From NCBI RefSeq assembly GCF_000315625.1, contig NW_005434590.1, positions 179,560-243,559 of the forward strand: a stretch of 64,000 bases of DNA, in the 5' to 3' direction. Within the stretch, counting starts at the first letter, position 1; each line of letters begins with the position of its first letter. Shown piece by piece: positions 25,095 through 37,785 of the stretch. The position numbers and the translations under genes were made by a program. The stretch is from Guillardia theta CCMP2712 (taxonomy: Eukaryota > Protista > Cryptophyta). The notes beneath the pieces were generated by a model that was not told the origin of the DNA, made no database searches, and was given only the letters and a program-made list of their open reading frames with translations.

Positions 25095-25875
25095 CACCGC
25101 GGTCATCATCACATGCCATGATGGCCGATCAGGGCGGTCACGGGTGACAGCCCGGCGACGAGCCTCCGAGCCTCATGAGTGCGGCCGGCCGGCCGGGGGC
25201 CGGGCGGGCCGGGCCCGGATCTCCGGTCGGAGCCGCCTCGGATGCCGCCCGGCCGCCCGGCCGGGCCGGGCGGCCCCCCCGCTTCGAGTCGGAGGCCCGG
25301 CCGGCGGCGGCCCGGCCCGGGCCCCCATCATGGCACTGGCAGTCACCGTTGAGTGATGACCGTGGATCATCGGATGGTCACGGGTCACAGTCCAGCACTG
25401 GCGGCAGTCACTGAGTGACTCCGCCGGGCGGCCCGGCCCGCCGCGCCGCCGCGGTGCCCGCCATCCGATCATGCGCATGGCAGGGCCCCGGCGGCCGGAC
25501 CGCTCGGAGAAGCCGACTCCCGGGGCCCTCAGAACTGGCGGCCGAGCCTCAGTGAGGTTCAACGGTTGGCTGCCAGCCTGCGTGTCGGTGATCGCCCGGC
25601 GCCGGCCCGGCGACTCGCCGGGCCCTCAGGCCTCAGAGCCGTCACTGAGGCGAGTGTCGGAGTGCCGCCGGGCCGCCGTGCCGCGGCCACCGCGGCAGTG
25701 CGTGCCGGAGTGCCCGGGTGACTGGCAGTGCGCCGCCGGCAGCGGCTGCGGCGGCCGCGCCCCCCGGCCCGGCCCGCCGGGCCGCCCGGGGCCGCCGGTC
25801 ACCGAACGGTGCCGCGCCAACTCAGTTGACATAGCTCACAGGTGACCGCACGGTTCCGAGTCCGGGCGGGCGGGG
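25095..25875. other. GC-rich, CCGG-rich intergenic island
   Basis: Dense CCGG/GGCC between the divergent HKR and PDZ-SH3 genes. Confidence 0.7.
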
Positions 25876-26949
25876 AGGGGTACGACTACTACTGATATGA
25901 AAGGGGAAGGAGGGGGTGGTGAACAGGTCCGAGAACGGATAATTCGTATTTTCAAGTGCTGGGTCCATACCGTGCGAGTTTTAGTTTAAAAAGATCTATC
26001 TTTCGGAAACTTTCTCTCAATATTCAAACATAACCGGAATATTTCAGTCTGTAACGCTTGCTTTTGAGGGGATGTTTTCAAATTCGGTAGTCATAACTAA
26101 AAGTTTGACAATGCCTGTATGCTGCCGCTTCCTTCCAAGTTCGGCCGCACTTGGTTCCTTTGTTGAGCTACAGCACTGAGCTAGCATGAGACCTCCTTGC
26201 TCCTGGAACTTCCTTCCTCCCTCCCTCCTCCTGTCTCTTTCTCTCTCGCCTCCACCCTGTCTCAGAGTCTCCCTGTTTGCCGTTTCCCTCTCCTACCAGG
26301 CCCTTCTTACATATGTGCTAAGTTTGTCATCCTTCCATCTTTACCTCCATCTGCTTCCATTCAAGTTCTGCTCCTTTTTGTTCCAGATCTTCCTTTCAAT
26401 CCTGCATTTCTTGCTCCTTACCGTGCCTGATCTCGCTGCTTCCCCCAATTCCATTAACCTCTCGCACTCCTAGAAAGCTCATTTCTTATCATTTCCTTGG
26501 CAGGAATGACAATAGGAGAAACCATAGCGTCATGTCTTGCTCCTCGGATCTGCAGATGAGCTGAAGGATGGATAGGTTTCAATAGGTCTCAACGGCTGTG
26601 GTTTGACTACCAAGATCATGAGTAGACTGGGAGAGCTGCTGAGCACAATTTGATCTTTCAAAGTGTGAAGAATAGACTGTGACTGAGGCAGCATAAGAAT
26701 GAGTGTGTACGAAGCTCCAGCTCCGTTGGTGATGTGTTCTCATGGGGGTTGATCTCTGGTTCACAACTTTTCCAGATGCTTGTTATGTACGGCAGCATTC
26801 CAAGATCGATGCAAGAGATACATCTTCAACCAGGACAGGCATGATGTTTCAAATGAAATATGCTGCGATCTGTTGTTTTCCTGTCCTATGAGCGTTTGAT
26901 GATGAAGCTTCAATGAGAAGAGCTCGAAGGCTGGTTGTCATTCCAATTG

Positions 26950-28871
26950 ATATCTGTTGGGATTCAGGTCATCCTTGTTCAAAGCGACGTCAAGGGCGGG
27001 TGGGCGTATGGGAGGATCGTTGCATCGGAGTACGAGACTTCCTTCGTCCGTGCACAGGGGTGAGCTTGTTGGGACACCCTGCCATTTCATCTTCAACTTC
27101 GTAATTTTGATATGCTCTCGCAGCTTTTTCCCTCTTGCTCATTGCAAAGCATTGGAACCCATTAAGGTCTGAGTTTGACAGTGCTGATAGAGTTGAGCGA
27201 GAGGCATCTTTGTGTTGGAGGCGTTTGTTTCTTGATCTGTTTGAAGGGAGCAATGGAACTTGTGGAGTGATTTGTTTTATGCAGGTCAGGAAGCCAACCA
27301 GTCAAGACCCAAGACAGGCAGGAGTCGGTCTTGCTGTGGCCTTTTCCCATGGAATCTACGGGAGGCTTCTGATATTCAGCGTGAAGAAAGGTCTGGGGAA
27401 TCAAAAGTCTTGCAATGTGATGACGAGTCAGTTTGCAGGTTCAGCAGCAGACAGATCTTGTGTTATGAAGGTAGTTACTCGATCATGAGAGAAGGAGTCT
27501 GAGTGACCTCGAATAGGTTGGAGATGAGATCTTGGCTATTGATGGCCGTCCAGTACAGGTTTGTCCACTTTGAACCGTTATTGCGCTTGTTGTTTTCCAT
27601 CATCCATGCATTGCATGAAGATGGAACAAATGTACCGTCTGACTCGTTTGTAGCGTCTAGATTACAGGGAGATCGCAAACATGATCCTTGGAGTGGAAGG
27701 TTCCATTCTAAGGATCAATGTCGTTGATTCCATCCTCAAGATGGAAAGGTTGACAATTTTCTTCCTCCTCCCTCCTCCTTCTCCTCTATCCTCCTTATCC
27801 TTCCCTGCTCTCTCCCTCCTCCTCCCTCCTCCCTCCTCCTTCTCCTCTATCCTCCTTATCCTTCCCTTCTCTCTCCCTCCTCCCTCCTCCCTCCTCCCTC
27901 CTCCCTCCTCCCTCCTCCCTCCTTCTTCTCCTCTAGCCAGAAATGTGATTTCCCTCTCTCCTTCCTCCTCCCTCCTCCCTCCTCCCTCCTCCCTCCTCCC
28001 TCCTCCTTCTCCTCTATCCTCCTTCGCCTTCCCTTCTCTCTCTCTCCTCCCTCCTTCCTCCTTCCTCCTCCCTCCTCCCTCCTCCCTTTTTCCTCCATAC
28101 AGAACACAAACTTCGCATGCAACCAACCAATGTTTTCACAGAGAAATTGACCTCATCCGAGAGCCTCGTGGCGAGCAAGTTCTCTCTCCTCAACAGTTCA
28201 GCAGGATGAGGGAGCTCGTTGTTGACCAGCGGCAGGTTGTCAACCAGAGGCCTCAGGAGGGAGTCGTACAACAGTCAGCCCTGCAAGACGTCAGGACAAA
28301 CCTGAAGCAGAATAATTTGCAACATGTCAAGGCAAGCTTGCCAGCTCCGAAAGAAAATCTGCAGGCAGTGCAGGTGGCAAAAGCTGAGGGTGAGCAGGAG
28401 TTCATCTTTGCTGATTTTGACGCTGCGGTGAGTTGTTTCCCTGTTTCTTCCTCGTGATATCTTCTACATCCTGAACCATGTGCTTATTCTCGTCCTCGTC
28501 TTTCTCTCTCTCATCCTCGTCCTCCTCCTCCATCCTCAACTTTCTCCTTCCTTGCCTTCTCCCTCCTTTCCTTACAGACTTCCATGCTTGGATCAGCGTC
28601 ACTGACGTTTCTCAAAGGTTCAAGACATCCTGAACGGGAGGTTTCAGCAAGCAAGGGACAGGATCGCACAGCTGCAGAAGCAATCCAGCGCCCTTGGACT
28701 CTCCCAGTCGTCTATCGAGAAGCTTTCCTTCAGCGCAGCCATTCACAAGGCCATTCAAATGGAGAAGATTTACTCCTTGCAGAGGTCCCCGAACCCTCCA
28801 AAACCCACTTCTGCAGTCTTGAAGCTCAAAAATGCGATCTTAGAAGAAGCGAATGATAGGGCGCAGAATCA

Positions 28872-28920
<49 letters not shown>

Positions 28921-31787
28921 AAGATCTTACAAGAGACTAGTTTCGATCACCGGAGCGTGGAACTTGAGACCCTTGCCCACCCTGCCCCGGGACCGGAGGC
29001 GGAGGACCTCGTCCAGAAAGTTGAGATGGCAGAGAAGGAAAGTCGAAGGTTGGAGATGGACTACCTCAACGCTGTAGAGGAGCTCACACTCGCAGAGAGA
29101 GCAATTCTGCAATCTCAGCAGGAGATTGAAAAGTTCCGATCGTCTCAGGTTGATGCGAACGGGCAAGGCACGCAAGTCGTGGAGGAGGAAGCTCCTACAG
29201 CACTTGAAAATGTGCAGAACAATGCGGAGGAGCAGGAAGAGAATGTGGAGGAGCAGGAGAAGAATCAGGTGCAGCAGGAGCGAGTGGCGGAGGTTAAGGT
29301 GAGCGCGACCACGGTCAAGGATATCAGTGATGAAGGCGCGAGCATGGTGAAGGATTGGTGCAACACGATCTTCGACGAGCAGGAGAGGAGGATGAACGTG
29401 CAACTCAACATGGATCTAGAGCAGCAGGACAAGGAGGTCAAAACCCCCAGGCTGGCTCGGGTCGTAACTTCGTTCACCTCCTCCGGCCCCAACCAGATCA
29501 ATCTCAACGTCGGCGATCTCGTTGAGCTGAACTTCTCGAACCATGCCTGGGCCGTCGGCCGTGTGGTCTCCTCCTCCTCCAACCCATCTGCCTCGAGCAG
29601 GTTTGGCTGGTTCCCGTCCCAGTGTCTTGAGAAGACCGAGGGAGGAGGAAGGAGAGGAGAGGAGAGGATGGGTCGTTCAGAGAGGGACTCAGTACTTGAA
29701 GCTCGATCTCCTCCTCATCGTGCTCACACAGACTTGGACTTCATAGCGCAGGAGGCTGACACAGAAGCAGCAGAGCAGCGGCAAGTCCCCAGGAAGACGC
29801 CAGACGCGAGCACAGGGAAGCAGGAGCCCCTTTATGAGGCACCGCAAAGAGTCGAGGGAGGAGCAGGAGCAGGAGCAGGAGCAGGAGTGGAGGACCCCGA
29901 GGCAGGAGTGAAGGTGAGGCCTGTAGGGAAGAGGAAGACCTCTGCGACTCCAGCGGCGGAGCAGAATGTCTGGCTCAGTGCTGTTGACCTCGCCAAGTTT
30001 CAAGGGAAGACAGGAGGAACCCCATTGAAGCAGGTACCTCCTCCTCCTCCTTTCCTGTCCTCCTCCTCCTCCTCCTCCTCCTCCTCCTCCTCCTCCTTCT
30101 CCTCCTCCCTTCCCTCTCCTCCCTTCTTCCCTTTCCCATCTCTCCTCTCCTCTTGCTCCTGTTCCTCCTCCCTGGGCCTTTTCCTCCCTTTTCTCTCCTC
30201 CACTTTTACCTCCCCCTCCTTTGCTCTCCTCCCCCCAAAACCCTTCCCGTTTTCCTCTCCTTCCCATCTCTCCTCTCCTCTCACACTTCGTCAAGGACCT
30301 GGACAGCTCCGACGCCTCCTCCTCCGAATTCACGCAAGCGCAGTGGGCGCGTCAGCAGCTCCTTGCCAAGGCGCAGATGGAGCGGGAGAAGTACACAGCC
30401 TTCGATTCAGGAGCCGTCTCGAAGCAGGCGCAGTGGGCAAGGGAGCAGATTCTAACGCAGATGAAGGACGGGCAGGAGAAGGGAGCAGCAAAGAGCTCCT
30501 CTCCCCGTGCAGAGGACAGGCAAATGAAGTTCGATCCCTCCTCCGTCTCCCAACAGGCCAAGTGGGCGAAGGAGCAGCTGAACTTGCCTGAGTACAACGG
30601 GAAGTATGGGAAGGGCAGCAGGAAGGAGGGCGAGAACGGCAGCGTCGAGGTTCTGCCATCCTCCTCGCAGCTTCCTTCTTCTCCAGGGGATGATGAGGAC
30701 AGGGAGGAACGACGCCGTCGTGCAGGTCTGGCACGCAGTTTCCTCACAATCCATGATGTGTTGTTCGTAGCGATCAAGAGGGCGTTGTTCCTGCAGGGAT
30801 CCAAGGAGGCGGAGCAAGGGGGCAGTGGAGGAGGAAGCAAGCAGGAGTCAAACGCAGCAGGCGATATGGGCAAGATTTCTCAATACGCTGTTGAGAAGGA
30901 TGGGGAGCAGAAAGGACAAGCAGGCTCAGCAGATCTCCCAAACTATCTCATCCTCAACAACTTCGAACCACATGTGATGTCACTTTGACGTCTCTCTGTA
31001 TCAGCTCCGTTGCTCAACGTTCCTTGGCAGATGTCGCCTTCAGTCAACATCTACGCACCTTACCTCATTGGACATCAGGCAAACTACTCTTACAACCAAC
31101 AGCCCGTCCAACACCAACAGGTTCGACTCGTCTCTAACAGCAGTCCCAACCATCTCTACAACTATGACTTCACTTACCTCTGTCTCCTCCATTTCATGGC
31201 TTCCCCTCATGACTTCTCCCCAGCTGCTCAGCCCTCGAGTGGTCGTCAGTCCTTCACAGCTCGCTCCCGGAGTCTTCCGAACTTCCTCCTCCTCCTCCCC
31301 TCGAATCTCCGGTATCGTACCCGGCCAAGAACAGCAGCAGCTGCCGCTGGCGTATCATACCTTCTCAGGCATCACACACACGTCTCAAGTAAGTCAGCTG
31401 TTGCGTCTGCTTCGTTGGAAAACATCAGTTTTCCTCCTTGGTTTCACCGCTGTCCCTTCCTCCCCCTCTCTCCTTCTCTCCTTCCATCTCTCGCCCTCTC
31501 TCGCCCTCTTCCTCCTCCTCCTCCTCGTCCTCCTCCCCCTCCCTTCCCCCCCCCCCCTCTCTCCTCTCCTTCCATCTCTCGCCCTCTCTCGCCCTCCTCC
31601 CTCCTCCTCCCTGCTCCTTGACTTCCTACTCTCCACTCCTTCTCCCTCTTCCTCTCTCTTCTCTGTTTTCTCCTCCTCCTATCGCTACTCTGCTCTGCTC
31701 TGCTCCTCTTTGACTTCCTGGCAGCTCAACACTTCTGAGCAAAGGAGCGCGGTACCGCAGATCCCTCCACAGTATCTGCGCTTCTGA
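26950..31787 (+). CDS. PDZ + coiled-coil + SH3 scaffold-like protein, multi-exon (5' end uncertain)
   Basis: PDZ pieces GVGLAVAF…LLIFSVKK|GSAADRS…|VGDEILAIDGRPV…MILGVEGS. SH3 ARVVTSFTSSGPNQINLNVGDLVEL…WAVG…GWFPSQCL. Last exon LNTSEQ…QYLRF*. Confidence 0.6.
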
Positions 31788-32348
31788 ACGCTGGGACAGA
31801 CAAAGTTTGTCTTGACAATATTGAGAATGAAATGGAACGCAACGAGATGAGGAGACATGCGGGTCAAAGTGACTATCGTCTCTCCTGAGCTTTCTTACGT
31901 GCCGCGTTGTCCTTTCAGAATGTGCATGTCAGAGGCGGGGGGGAGGGGGCAGGAGGGAGACAAGTAGATTGAGAGGAGCAGGAGAAGAGCGATAGAGGAG
32001 CATTGAATTAGCTGTGTGGTTGGACGAAAGTTTGATCGATTCTGGGGGGCAGGGCAAGGTGAACGGAGGGAGCCGAGAGAAAGGAGGGAAGGAGGGAGGG
32101 AAGGAGGGAGGGAAGGATTGAGGGAGTCATGTTCATTTGCACAGTCTGAGCTCAATGTTTGTTGAAACCTTCTGTCTGCAGAATGACTTAAAGCATGGAA
32201 AGGAGAACGTTCAACAGGCTAGCGACTTGTACAACAAACCAACAAGCACTTTACACTTAGAATACTTTTCTGCGGAACATCTGTACAAAGAAAATTGTAA
32301 TCATCTAACTCGCAAGTCCATCATCGCGATGATTTTCATCCAACGCAA

Positions 32349-32645
32349 TCATCTCCTGATGAACACAACATCGGCTTCTTCGTCTTCAGCGCTGATTTCT
32401 TCTAACGGGAACGAGAGGTACCAGGCAAGCCACTCAGAATCAAATTTTGCTGCAGTCTCGTCGCCCTGCTCTATCAACACTCTACTAAGAGCCTGAAGGG
32501 TCAGTGGTGACTCCTACACCCCAGTCAGCTCTTTGTCGACATCAGCAAGAGAACATCTCACCACAGATTTCATAGCCTCTTGATGCTTCAGGAGCAAGCT
32601 TGCTGAGAGAGCCATAGCTTGTCTTGACATGGCCATAGCGTTCTT
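32349..32645 (-). CDS. 3' exons of a hypothetical gene whose 5' part probably lies in the gap
   Basis: Spliceable exons …AMALSASLLLKHQEAMKSV|ALSRVLIEQGDE…VVFIRR*. No family identified. Confidence 0.3.
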
Positions 32646-32778
32646 GAGTGAGGCAAGGGCCAAATATCACAAGAAATGGAGGAAACAGGGATGGGTTTGA
32701 CGGGACGGAAAGAGGAAACGGAGCTTACGGAAGGGGCAACGGCGAGCGCAAGGAAGGAAGGCGGGGCGGGGGGGGGGG

Positions 32779-33333
32779 NNNNNNNNNNNNNNNNNNNNNN
32801 NNNNNNNNNNNNNNNNNNNNNNNNNNNNNNNNNNNNNNNNNNNNNNNNNNNNNNNNNNNNNNNNNNNNNNNNNNNNNNNNNNNNNNNNNNNNNNNNNNNN
32901 NNNNNNNNNNNNNNNNNNNNNNNNNNNNNNNNNNNNNNNNNNNNNNNNNNNNNNNNNNNNNNNNNNNNNNNNNNNNNNNNNNNNNNNNNNNNNNNNNNNN
33001 NNNNNNNNNNNNNNNNNNNNNNNNNNNNNNNNNNNNNNNNNNNNNNNNNNNNNNNNNNNNNNNNNNNNNNNNNNNNNNNNNNNNNNNNNNNNNNNNNNNN
33101 NNNNNNNNNNNNNNNNNNNNNNNNNNNNNNNNNNNNNNNNNNNNNNNNNNNNNNNNNNNNNNNNNNNNNNNNNNNNNNNNNNNNNNNNNNNNNNNNNNNN
33201 NNNNNNNNNNNNNNNNNNNNNNNNNNNNNNNNNNNNNNNNNNNNNNNNNNNNNNNNNNNNNNNNNNNNNNNNNNNNNNNNNNNNNNNNNNNNNNNNNNNN
33301 NNNNNNNNNNNNNNNNNNNNNNNNNNNNNNNNN
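32779..33333. other. Assembly gap (N run)
   Basis: N bases. Confidence 1.
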
Positions 33334-33505
33334 GAGGAGAGGAGGCCCTGAGGGGGAATGTGACTGATGGTCCTCCAAGACGTGCATGTTCGGAATGAGC
33401 TGACCTTGAGACTCCGTGCTACCCCACCCCCTCTCTAAACTGTAAAACTACCCACCCTTTCCCTGAGACATAGCGAGTCGGGTCGGAGGGGGTGGATGCG
33501 AGGTC

Positions 33506-33577
33506 CACGTGACCAGAGAGTAACTGTCACGTGATATCATGTGACAGTGGAAGGACACACCACGTGGGTATCACGTG
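33506..33577. promoter_or_regulatory. Cluster of CACGTG (G-box/E-box) sites upstream of the SLC13/SLT gene
   Basis: CACGTG at 33506, 33528, 33561 and 33572, with another at 34180. Function is inferred. Confidence 0.45.
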
Positions 33578-34581
33578 CCAGTATCTGTTGGGCGAGCCTC
33601 GGAGGAGCAAAGGTGGGTGAGGCGGACTCGCAAGATCCGTCTGGTCAATCGGGCTCACCTCAGAGTCGAGGGTCTCGCGGTGCCGTGACAGCCGACTTCG
33701 GATGACTAAATTCCAACGAGCCCGCCTCCGGCCATCTCGAGGTGGTCCTAGGATGGTCCTATCTCCATAGATAGCCAGAGTTGGTAGGGGGCACTATGCC
33801 ATCTACCCTACCCCACCTCACAGTCCTCCAAACATCATCGGTGGAATATGGATTTGACCCGTAGTCTGATGAACTCAGAGTCACACCCCTATCTGGAGCC
33901 TTCGAAGGACCCGTGGTCGTGAAGGAACCACAAAGACACGGTACCCTGACACTCCCCTGAGGAAGCAACTCCCCCACCCTATTCACCCACACAAAGTGAT
34001 CCCACACCTCTCTTAGAAATACCCCTACCCCTACAACACCACTCCATTCATATGAACAAGTACCCCTTGTCGATAGTTATGGGAGTACCCCTACCTACAT
34101 TTTTAGACCCCCACCCTGTTTGTCGTGTAACAATCTATGCCCTCGTTCCACCCCGACAGCATTATTAAATAATGCTGCACACGTGGGGTCAGCAGAAGGC
34201 GGGAGGCGGGAGAGCAGGACAAGCTCGAGGGGAGCTCGGACTAGTCGAGCCTCGCTATGCAGCAGCAGAGTGGTAGCGTGTCAATGCCGTTCCAACAGAT
34301 CCTGTGCGACTATCTTGAGAACTACAACATCAGCAAGGAGAAAGGAGGCTGAGTTAGGGGGGTCGGTACGAGAGTAGATCGATAGAGGCCTATCATGCCA
34401 AGCCAAGCCTCGTGTCACTCCATCGGCAGAGTGAGGACGAGGAATCAAAGTGGACTCTAAAGTCCGCGAGAGTAGAGAGGAGAAAACACATCACAAGAGT
34501 CGAGAGAGTGAAGAATGACAACAATGCTTTCTTGTTGTTTGTCTCACAAGCTGATTGCATCTTTTTGGTTGTATCTACAGG

Positions 34582-37090
34582 TCTTGGTTATCCGTTTAAG
34601 TCCAAGTCCGCGTGGTGAGCACCACAACAGCACACTCTCAAGCATGAAAGACTCAAGTTGGCAGCCATGGTTTGTGCTGGCAGTCTTGGTCGTGATGTTC
34701 TTCTTTCTTGTAAAAGGCGCCAAGACACCAGAGACGATCGCCTTCATCGCCATGTGTGTGGTGTGGAATGCAGGAGTCATCACGACCAAGGAGGCCTTGT
34801 CTGGCTTCTCTAACTCAGGCATGCTTGCCGTCGGCGTCCTGTTCGTGGTCGTCCAGGCCATCGAGCGTTCGCAGCTTGCGCCATGGGCAGCGAAGCATGT
34901 GTTTGGAATGAGAACAGGTGAGCTGCTCGGTCCTTGCCTATCACTGCTGAGATCAGCCCTGTGTATCCCTCGCTTCTTCTTCTGCCCTCCTGCTTGCTCT
35001 CTGCCTCTCTTCTTTTCTGCTTTCCTCCTACTCGGCCTCCGTCCTCCTTTTGGATCCCTCTTGTGTTTTCCCATCGCCCCTCACCCACTCAACGATGCTC
35101 ATGCTGGCCACCGTCCCATCCGCTGGCTCGCCTGCCGCCTCCACTGGGCAAGGGCTCCCTCCTTACTCTACCTTGCAGGCATTCGGTCTGGCTTGTTCAG
35201 ACTCTGCACGATGTGCTTCTTTCTATCTGCCTTCCTCAACAACACCCCAGTCGTTGCCCTGCTCACTCCCATCACGAGAGACTGGGCCCGCACCCGCGGC
35301 TTCCCTCCTTCCCTCTTCCTCATCCCCTTGAGCTTCAGCACCATCCTCGGAGGCCTCCTCACCATCATAGGGACTTCGACGAACCTGGTGGTCGCAGCCC
35401 TGGCAGAGAACTTCGGGCTGGAGAAACCTGGCTTCTTCGAGATCGGATACATCGGGCTGCCGACGGGCATCCTGGGGGTGATTTATCTGGTGCTGTTCGG
35501 GCCGTTGCTGCTGCCAAGAGCTGGAGGAATGTTCAGGTACATGCAGGACAAGAACAAAGAGCTTATCACTGAGGTGACGCTGACTGGGGAGTTTCCCTTC
35601 GTCGGGCAGCCAGTCGACAAGGCGCTTGCCAACCTCTCCATCCATCGAGACGCTCTGATCAAGATCAGGAGGGGCATCATGGGGCAGTTTGCGTCCTTGG
35701 GCGCGGAGCCCCATCCTCCAAGCGAGGGTCCAGCAGCACCGGAGGAGGGAGGAGGGGAGGAGGGAGGGAGCCGAGCCGTGCCCCGCCGCTCCAACTGGAT
35801 CGACATCTACCCTGTGCCGCAGAACGAGCTCCTGCAGGCGGGAGACACGCTGTTCTTCAGCGGGGGGAGGACAACGATGATGAAGCTGCATGCGGAGGCC
35901 TACCGCGGGCTGGTCATCCTCAAGGGAGACGTTCCTGACCTGGCGCAGGATGGGATGAAATTCTTCGAGGTTGTGCTGAGCAACAGGAACGCCTTTGTGG
36001 GAGATGTCGTAGCGCACTCGAGCTTCAGTCAGTTCTACGGCTGCAGCATCCTGGCGCTCAGGAGGAAAGGTCGGTCATCCCAGCCCATCTCCACCTTAGA
36101 GAGCAGGCCCCAGGACGAGAACGCCAGCAGGACCAGCCTCAGCAACCGCAGGAGGATCTACGGGGAGCTCGAGCACGAGAGGGAAGCGAGCTTGCCTCTC
36201 GACGACATCACTGTAGAGCATGCTGACGCCAGCATGGGCGACGACGAGGACGCAGAGGTTCACTGCCGCGAGCCCCCGCTGGAGGTGTCGGAGAGTCACC
36301 TCAACGCCGGAGACGTCATCCTCGCCTTGGCTCCAGCAGAGTTCGCGGAGAAATGGACTGACTCCGACGACTTCCTCATGATCACCGAGCTAGGAGCCGT
36401 TGCTGCTCCTCCTACTCCCTTCGACTACTTCCCGCTCCTCGTCTTCATCGGCATGGTCGTCTGGGTAGTCGCCGCCAGCCCCAACGTCGACATGGTCCAG
36501 TCGGCCATGACGGCGGCGGCGCTGCTGGTAGCGGGAGGATGGATCGACGCCAAGAAGGCGGCCGGGTACGTGGCATGGGAACTGATGCTCCTGATCGGGT
36601 CCATGCTGGGAATGAGCACGGCGATCACCAGCTCGGGTCTAGCTGACATAGTGGGGACGGCGATGAAGAACGCGGGGATGAGTCCCTTGGGGAGTCTGTT
36701 CCTGGTGTATGGGATCACCACAGTCATGACGGAGATTACCACTAACAACGCTGCCGCCGGGCTGATCTTTCCTCTTGCCATCGACGTGGCTTACAAGCTC
36801 GGCATCTCGTACAAGCCCTTCATGTTCACAGTGATGTCGGCAGCGTCGGCGAGCTTCATCACGCCCATCGGATATCAGACCAATGTGAGCTCGACTCGTC
36901 TGACCTTGTTGCTTGTCTTGTCTTGGTTGCTGTGGACGATGCGAGTTGATGGGTTTGCAAGTGCTTGCACGTGTTGCTTGGATTGCTCTGACCCTGGTCT
37001 CACTCTGTCTGTGTGCTCTTGCTTTCGATATAATGCTCCTTGGCTTCAGCTCCCTGCTTTCTTCCTCCTCCTCCTCCTCCTCCTCATCTC

Positions 37091-37147
<57 letters not shown>

Positions 37148-37404
37148 TGCTCCTGCTCCTGCTCCTGCTCCTCCTCTGAGACCTTGTGCTTCCCTCAATG
37201 CTGTCTGCTGTCTGTACCTCCTCAATCTCTGTCTGACGACGAGTTCAGATGATGGTCTGGGGTCCTGGCGGCTACACTTACTTCGACTTCATGAAGATCG
37301 GAATCCCTCTCAATATCCTTCACATGATAACCACTTGCCTGCTGGTCAATCAGTTCTGGAAGTTCGACGAGGCTATTCAGTGGCCTGCCAGCATTCACAA
37401 GTGA
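34582..37404 (+). CDS. SLC13/CitMHS-family Na+/sulfate cotransporter (SLT/SAC1-like) with TrkA-C-like loop, multi-exon
   Basis: ALSGFSNSGMLAVG; SAFLNNTPVVA; LLTIIGTSTNLVV; TEITTNNAAAGL; SASFITPIGYQTN|MMVWGPGGY…DFMKIGIPL. The first exon(s) are unresolved. Confidence 0.88.
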
Positions 37405-37785
37405 GAGCAGGAGGAGGAGAGAAGAAACGGGTTGCTACGATGTGTTGTGACTGCAGTGGGAACATCTCGACAGAGTCCTTGTCAAGCACATAACAAGCTT
37501 ACAAGACGAGATCTCTTGCGAGACGCGTCATCAAGATCTGACGATGTGAACGATTCCCTTGCACTTTTGGGTTCAAAGGGGAGCTGTATAACGCGAAGCA
37601 CTTTGCATTAAAGTCTATTATCGTGTCGATCATGTATTCCATCAAAGAAACGTCAGCAAAGATGCCGTGTGAAGGACAACTTCCAATCTCAATCAACACG
37701 CAGAACCGACTCATGTTTTCTCAGGAGTTTTACGCAAGATCGGAAAATTATCTAACAGAACAGATGAGAGATCGTGATAAAATCT

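Noticed and set aside
24922-25845. Arg/Pro/Gly/Ala-rich ORFs in GC islands (also 13199-13826 and 55336-56008)
   Set aside because: They are open in several frames because high GC depletes stop codons. No domain or splice support.
32648-33398. ORFs spanning the N gap
   Set aside because: Artefacts of undefined bases.
34515-37493. The 992-aa ORF as the true transporter sequence
   Set aside because: It reads through stop-free introns (~34918-35178 and 36885-37248). The real C-terminal exon is in another frame and ends at 37404.
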